The position numbers and the translations under genes are program-made. A stretch of 48,626 nucleotides of DNA from a candidate division WOR-3 bacterium (GTDB lineage: Bacteria > Hydrothermota > UBA3073 > JACQXS01), in NCBI GenBank assembly GCA_023129235.1, contig JAGMCN010000013.1, forward strand, positions 1 to 48,626. The letters are read 5' to 3'. The notes under the pieces are model-generated. The model did no database searches. It was not told the origin of the DNA and saw nothing but the letters and a program-made list of their open reading frames with translations. Of this stretch, positions 43,941 to 48,626 are shown in pieces (position 1 is the first letter of the stretch; each line of letters starts with the position of its first letter).

Positions 43941-44860
43941 TGTCCGATTATAGTGCGTAGAATATCATCAAGTGTAATGACCCCCACGACACTCTTGTTA
44001 TCATCAACAACTATAGCGATATGGACTCTTTTTCGCTGAAACTCTGAGAGCAATTCACTCGCATTCATTGAGGCAGATACAAAATAGGGTTTGCGTAAAG
44101 GCAATTCTTGTATTGCTCCTACTGTTTCCCTGTCAATTAAATCCTTGAGATAAAGGATGCCTGTGATGTGTTCAGGGTTACTATTATAAACAGGGATTCT
44201 TGAATAATATAGTTTTGATATTGTGGCAGGGGTTAATCGTGTGGATGCAGAAAGAGATTTAAGTTCGGTTTTGGGTGTCATTATATCTTTCACTTTTTTA
44301 TCCTTGAAATTCAAAAGCGAGAGGATGAATTCCTTTTCCATATTGTTTATGCGGCCTTCCTCTACTTCGGTTGCAACAAGCACCCGAAGTTCATCTCTGG
44401 TTATAGAGGTTCTGGGTTCAGGATTAATTAGTGAAATTAGCGCATTGACCGGTATAGTAATGGGCAAGAAGATATACCGAGCAAAGCGAAGACAGGGCAC
44501 TAATTTTAATGACACACTTTCGGCGTGTTCCAGCGAATAGAGCTTTGGGACAAATTCTCCAAACACAAGTAATAGGTAAGTCATAACTCCTGTTACTATT
44601 GCTAATCCTTCGGTCTGAAATATCCGATAAAATATTCTGGCAGCAATGATAGACGCACCTGCGTTCACAAGAGTATTGCCAAAAAGGATGGTTCCCAGAA
44701 GCTTTTCCCGTTCTCGGAGCATAGAGAAACTACGGTATCGTGAAGCAAGTTTTTCAATCTTTACTTTTGGGAGGTGAAATATAGCGGTTTCTGCGCCCGA
44801 GAAGAAAGCAGAAAGGAAAAGCAGAAAAATAAGAGCCAACCCTTCAAATAAGTATGCCAC
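43937..44860 (-). CDS. CNNM/TlyC-family DUF21 + CBS-pair membrane protein, paralogue A
   Basis: 307 aa with the SAFFSGAETAIF motif. It overlaps paralogue B by 4 nt. Confidence 0.8.
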   Translation of the reverse strand: MAYLFEGLALIFLLFLSAFFSGAETAIFHLPKVKIEKLASRYRSFSMLREREKLLGTILFGNTLVNAGASIIAARIFYRIFQTEGLAIVTGVMTYLLLVFGEFVPKLYSLEHAESVSLKLVPCLRFARYIFLPITIPVNALISLINPEPRTSITRDELRVLVATEVEEGRINNMEKEFILSLLNFKDKKVKDIMTPKTELKSLSASTRLTPATISKLYYSRIPVYNSNPEHITGILYLKDLIDRETVGAIQELPLRKPYFVSASMNASELLSEFQRKRVHIAIVVDDNKSVVGVITLDDILRTIIGQ

Positions 44861-44865
44861 TTAGA

Positions 44866-45333
44866 TTAAATCAAAGCCTTTTTCTGCTTTTTTATTTTCT
44901 GAAGGTAGTATTCCTGCCTTTCTTCCATTTCGCTACTATGATTATAGCCCAAAAGATGTAGCATGCCATGAACTAAAAGGCGAAAAACCTCAAGTTCAAG
45001 CGTTTCACCAGCAGGAATCTGCTCCTCAGCCCTGTCTAAGGATATGTATATATCTCCCAAGAACTTGTGGGGGCGAGGTAACTTCGCCCCTACCTTCTTG
45101 GGCGCAATGAATTGTGTCTCTATTTCTATGGGAAAGGCAAGAACATCCGTTGGGGAGTCAACTTTTCTGTATTTTTTGTTCAACTTCTGTATATATCCGT
45201 TATCTACGAGGGTAATGTCAATCTCTGTATCCTCTGCACCTTCAATCTCAAGCACGAGCAAGGCAAGAGATTTAAGCGAAGTCCTTTTTATCCCTGGATT
45301 CTTTTTCAGACTCTTTATCTGTACTTTTCTCAT
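44866..45333 (-). CDS. ybeY: rRNA maturation endoribonuclease YbeY
   Basis: 155 aa with TDVLAFP and the zinc motif HGMLHLLGYNH. Confidence 0.9.
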   Translation of the reverse strand: MRKVQIKSLKKNPGIKRTSLKSLALLVLEIEGAEDTEIDITLVDNGYIQKLNKKYRKVDSPTDVLAFPIEIETQFIAPKKVGAKLPRPHKFLGDIYISLDRAEEQIPAGETLELEVFRLLVHGMLHLLGYNHSSEMEERQEYYLQKIKKQKKALI

Positions 45334-47410
45334 ATTTTATTCGTTGATGGAAAAGACCTGTTAGCACAGGAAGGAAACTTTGTTCTATTTTCTTGAGTTC
45401 TTCAAGGGACAAATTAACCTTGGAGAATTGCCCGTCTTCCATCTTTCTTTCAACGGTGTCCTCTATAATCCCTTTTATTCTGGAGGGAGTTGGGTTTGCA
45501 AGACTTCTTGCGGTAGCTTCAATTGAATCGGCAAGCATCACAATTGCTGATTCTTTTGTGTGTGGCAATGGTCCGGGATATCTAAAATCCAGCTCATTTA
45601 CTTCTTTGCTAGCCAGTTTCGCCTTATTATAAAACGATTCTACTAAAGTCGTGCCGTGATGCTCTTTTATAATATCTATAACTTCTCCCGGGAGCTTTTC
45701 TCTGCGTGCAAGTTCTATCCCTTCTCTTACATGAGAGATAATAATACGAGCATTTAATTCTGGATTGAGTTTAGTATGTGGATTTACGCCCTGCTGGTTT
45801 TCAATAAAATAATCCGGTTTCTTGAGCTTGCCAATATCATGATAATATGCTCCAACTCTTGCAAGTAATGGATTAGCCCCTACTACTCTTGCTCCTTGCT
45901 CGGCAAGAGTTGCTACTATCATAGAGTGATGATAGGTGCCAGTCGCATATCGGCTTAGGTCCATCAGAATAGGATGGTCAGGATTTGTATATTCTAAAAG
46001 AGTAATTGGAGTAGTAATTTTAAACCCGCGTTCAAAGAAAGAAAGTAGTCCAAAAGCCACGAATGAACTTCCGACACCTCCAATCGCAGCATATCCTAAG
46101 GACTTGAGCAAGGAAATCCCGGAAGAAAGTTTTATAAGTTCCATTCCCAACGCAGTAAGGGCATAAGCTCCTCCGATATAAAGAGCGGGTTTATAGAAAT
46201 CCGATGGTTTCTTAACATTGGTGCTTACAAAAACAGAGACAACACCTGAAAACAGGCAAAGACTTAGCACCTCAAATCCTCCACCTGAATATACTGATAT
46301 AAGGATTGTCAAAACTATAATTCCTGCTACACCTGCTTGGATTCCTAAAAGCAAAGAAGCTAAAACTCCGAATATTGCTATAGGGATAAGATATAAAGAG
46401 AATTTTGACAAGATAATAAGAGATGATACCCCCATAACAATAAACATAAGGAGCATAAGCAAAAATAATTTCCAGAAATCATTGAGTAATGGAGGGTGGA
46501 AAAAATAAAGAGATAAGTAAAGAACGAGGAGTGCAATGAGATATATAATATTCCTCCCAATAAATGTGGACATTCCAGAAATACCAGCTTCTTTGGGGAG
46601 AGATTGCAATTTCTCTATAACTTCAGGGGTGACAATATCATGAGCCCGTACAATCATTTCTCCTTTTGAGACAGTCCCCTTAGTAGGATTAATTCGCATA
46701 ATTGCCTGTTCTCTCCTCTTCAAAGTTTTTGGCAAATCAGCTACCAGATTTGGCTTAACAAAAGAATTCGCAAGAGCTACAAAGGTGCTAATCGCATCGT
46801 TATTTCTTGGAAACATTTGAGTTGCCCGAGACTTAAAAATTCTGGAGAGTTCGTTAGAATCTAAGAATTCTCCTATGCTTCTTGGTTTTTCTTCTCCCAG
46901 GATTACTACTACCGCCCCATCAATTTTACTTTTCTCCGTGATTACCCCTTGCTTTAAAACTTCATCTAATATTTTGAGGAGGCTATCCTTTAAAGGTCTA
47001 TAATTTTTAATCAAGAGGAATCCTATCTCCTTTTTCCCCAAAGAAGACTCAAGTTCAATAAGTTTAGCTCTTTTTTTGTTAAATGCCTCCTTCTCCCATC
47101 GCATCTTTTCGAGGTGCTCAAAGAAGTTCTCTGCCTCTTTTTTTACCACTTGAGCCTGCTTCCGGTCCCGGCGAAGTACAAAAAATATGCTCTTCCTGAT
47201 ACTTTCTTTTTCTTCTTGGAGTTCCTCCTTGTTCTTCTTTATGTAAAAAATGTGGGGAGCTATTATATCTTTTGGGGCGATATCTCCTATCGTTAAGCTA
47301 AATTTTGTTGGAAACGAGGCGGGATATATCAAGTTAAGAATCAACAAAAATCCAGCGAATAAAGCTATATTCTTAATGTTTATCCCGGAAAGATTCAGCT
47401 TCATCTTCAT
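45272..47410 (-). CDS. 7TM-receptor HD-domain phosphohydrolase (PgpH/YqfF-like)
   Basis: 712 aa with an extracellular domain, 7 TM segments and an HD domain (HHSM, YYHDIGK). It sits in the conserved phoH-HD-ybeY order. Confidence 0.85.
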   Translation of the reverse strand: MKMKLNLSGINIKNIALFAGFLLILNLIYPASFPTKFSLTIGDIAPKDIIAPHIFYIKKNKEELQEEKESIRKSIFFVLRRDRKQAQVVKKEAENFFEHLEKMRWEKEAFNKKRAKLIELESSLGKKEIGFLLIKNYRPLKDSLLKILDEVLKQGVITEKSKIDGAVVVILGEEKPRSIGEFLDSNELSRIFKSRATQMFPRNNDAISTFVALANSFVKPNLVADLPKTLKRREQAIMRINPTKGTVSKGEMIVRAHDIVTPEVIEKLQSLPKEAGISGMSTFIGRNIIYLIALLVLYLSLYFFHPPLLNDFWKLFLLMLLMFIVMGVSSLIILSKFSLYLIPIAIFGVLASLLLGIQAGVAGIIVLTILISVYSGGGFEVLSLCLFSGVVSVFVSTNVKKPSDFYKPALYIGGAYALTALGMELIKLSSGISLLKSLGYAAIGGVGSSFVAFGLLSFFERGFKITTPITLLEYTNPDHPILMDLSRYATGTYHHSMIVATLAEQGARVVGANPLLARVGAYYHDIGKLKKPDYFIENQQGVNPHTKLNPELNARIIISHVREGIELARREKLPGEVIDIIKEHHGTTLVESFYNKAKLASKEVNELDFRYPGPLPHTKESAIVMLADSIEATARSLANPTPSRIKGIIEDTVERKMEDGQFSKVNLSLEELKKIEQSFLPVLTGLFHQRIKYEKSTDKESEKESRDKKDFA

Positions 47411-48335
47411 AAGCTTCTACTATTTTCTTCACCAAAGGATGACGCAGGATGTCGCTCTTGGAAAGCTTCACAAATTTAATCCCACGAATTCCTGAAAGCA
47501 CTTGTTGAATATGTAAAAGACCCGAGAGATTAGGATTCTCAAGGTCAATCTGGGTTATATCTCCTGTGATACAAGCTTTTGAGCCTATGCCGAGTCTTGT
47601 AAGGAACATCTTCATCTGCCCTTTTCCTGTGTTCTGAGCTTCATCAAGAATCACGAAAGAATTATCTAAGTTTCTACCTCTCATATAAGCAAGAGGAGCT
47701 ACTTCAATTGTATGGTCTTCAATACAATGCTTTATTTTATCATGAGGCATTAACTCATAAAGAGCGTCATAAAGTGGGCGAAGGTAGGGTTCTATTTTTT
47801 CTTTGAAATCCCCCGGCAGGAACCCAAGCCTTTCTCCTGCCTCCACAGCAGGTCTTGTAAGTATGATTCTACGGAAGACCCCCTTTTTTAAAAGCTCGAC
47901 CGCCTTTGCAACAGCAAGGTAAGTTTTTCCTGTCCCCGCAGGTCCTATACAAACGATTATATCAAAGGAATTTAGTGCTCTCAGATACTCAACTTGCCCA
48001 GAGGTTCTTGGTTTTATCAGTCTTTTGGATGTTACAATAACCTGCTTATTCGTGACTGTGGGGGACGGGTTTGTCCTACCTAAATCTTCCTTAGATATGG
48101 TTTTTCCCTCTTTTATTTCTTTAATCAAGGATAAAATCTTTAGTTTTAAGAGCGAAATTTTCTCGGGTTCACCACAGAGGATGATATTATTACCCCTTAG
48201 CACAATATCTGTATTGAACTCCTTTGAAAGGAGTTTCAGATTTTCATCTAACCTGCCACAAAGCAGTAAGGGGTCTATACCTTTTAAAGAGAGACGCTCT
48301 TTTACCAACTCTTTTCCCGATACGGGATTCCACAA
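47373..48335 (-). CDS. phoH: PhoH-family ATPase
   Basis: 320 aa with Walker A (GPAGTGKTYLAV) and ILDEAQN. TTG start. Confidence 0.9.
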   Translation of the reverse strand: MWNPVSGKELVKERLSLKGIDPLLLCGRLDENLKLLSKEFNTDIVLRGNNIILCGEPEKISLLKLKILSLIKEIKEGKTISKEDLGRTNPSPTVTNKQVIVTSKRLIKPRTSGQVEYLRALNSFDIIVCIGPAGTGKTYLAVAKAVELLKKGVFRRIILTRPAVEAGERLGFLPGDFKEKIEPYLRPLYDALYELMPHDKIKHCIEDHTIEVAPLAYMRGRNLDNSFVILDEAQNTGKGQMKMFLTRLGIGSKACITGDITQIDLENPNLSGLLHIQQVLSGIRGIKFVKLSKSDILRHPLVKKIVEAYEDEAESFRDKH

Positions 48336-48336
48336 A

Positions 48337-48626
48337 TTAGGGTCTCGGAACTTTGAGTTTCCACCCGGGCTGAATAAGAATTGGGCTTTTTATCAAATCC
48401 TTGTTGGCTCTGTAAATCTTGGGCCACATAGCGTAATTTCCACGTCCATAGACATCAGGATATTCCGCAAGTTTCGCAAGCCAATCGCCTTGTCTTACAA
48501 CATATATATCATGCTTCGGCTCTGCTGCATGGAGTTTTGCTATTTCATCTGCAATAGCTAAAATCTCGGCATCAAGCTTTGCGATTTCTCCCTCTAAAAC
48601 AGCTATTTTCTCTTCTTCTTCCGTTA
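48337..48626 (-). CDS. LysM-domain protein, C-terminal part (5' end lies outside the window)
   Basis: My own translation of the minus strand gives ...EEEEKIAVLEGEIAKLDAEILAIADEIAKLHAAEPKHDIYVVRQGDWLAKLAEYPDVYGRGNYAMWPKIYRANKDLIKSPILIQPGWKLKVPRP*. That is a coiled coil followed by a LysM-like fold. It is not in the ORF track. Confidence 0.65.
   Translation of the reverse strand, partial: TEEEEKIAVLEGEIAKLDAEILAIADEIAKLHAAEPKHDIYVVRQGDWLAKLAEYPDVYGRGNYAMWPKIYRANKDLIKSPILIQPGWKLKVPRP

Overview
This is an AT-rich bacterial chromosomal segment with about 50 genes, mostly housekeeping. Genes recognised: ileS (partial), a dksA-like gene, lspA, serS, rph, queF, rluD, gpsA, dnaA, tsf, rpsB, rpsI, rplM, folK, xseAB, dxs, coaX, and the conserved phoH / 7TM-HD (pgpH-like) / ybeY / CNNM block. 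Three secreted proteins end in T9SS-type C-terminal sorting domains, which suggests an FCB-superphylum-like uncultured lineage, although the promoters look sigma70-canonical (TTGACA-16/17-TATAAT). dnaA has DnaA-box 9-mers on both sides, so the window probably contains oriC. I saw no rRNA, tRNA, CRISPR array, transposase or recognisable defence genes. Three things stand out. (1) A TetR gene and a downstream operon (radical SAM, polytopic membrane protein, PlsC-type acyltransferase, two ACPs) are each preceded by the same TAGAC-N15-GTCTA palindrome. I read this as a candidate regulated lipid-tailoring module of unknown chemistry. (2) A family of short 7-9 nt 'word' repeats (CACAGAT / CACGAAT / CACAAAG / GGAGTT / GGGATT types) fills 11 of the 13 intergenic gaps over 100 bp. 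The words are organised into imperfect palindromic elements with AACCAC...GTGGTT termini. Two of these are about 166 bp and about 93% identical, and a 19-mer core is perfectly conserved five times. (3) The same vocabulary appears as roughly five-unit heptamer arrays embedded in-frame inside ileS, coaX and a PpiD-like gene. There is also a TonB-dependent-receptor-like gene split by a 1-nt shift at an A5 run. All functional calls come from motif recognition by eye; no searches were run.
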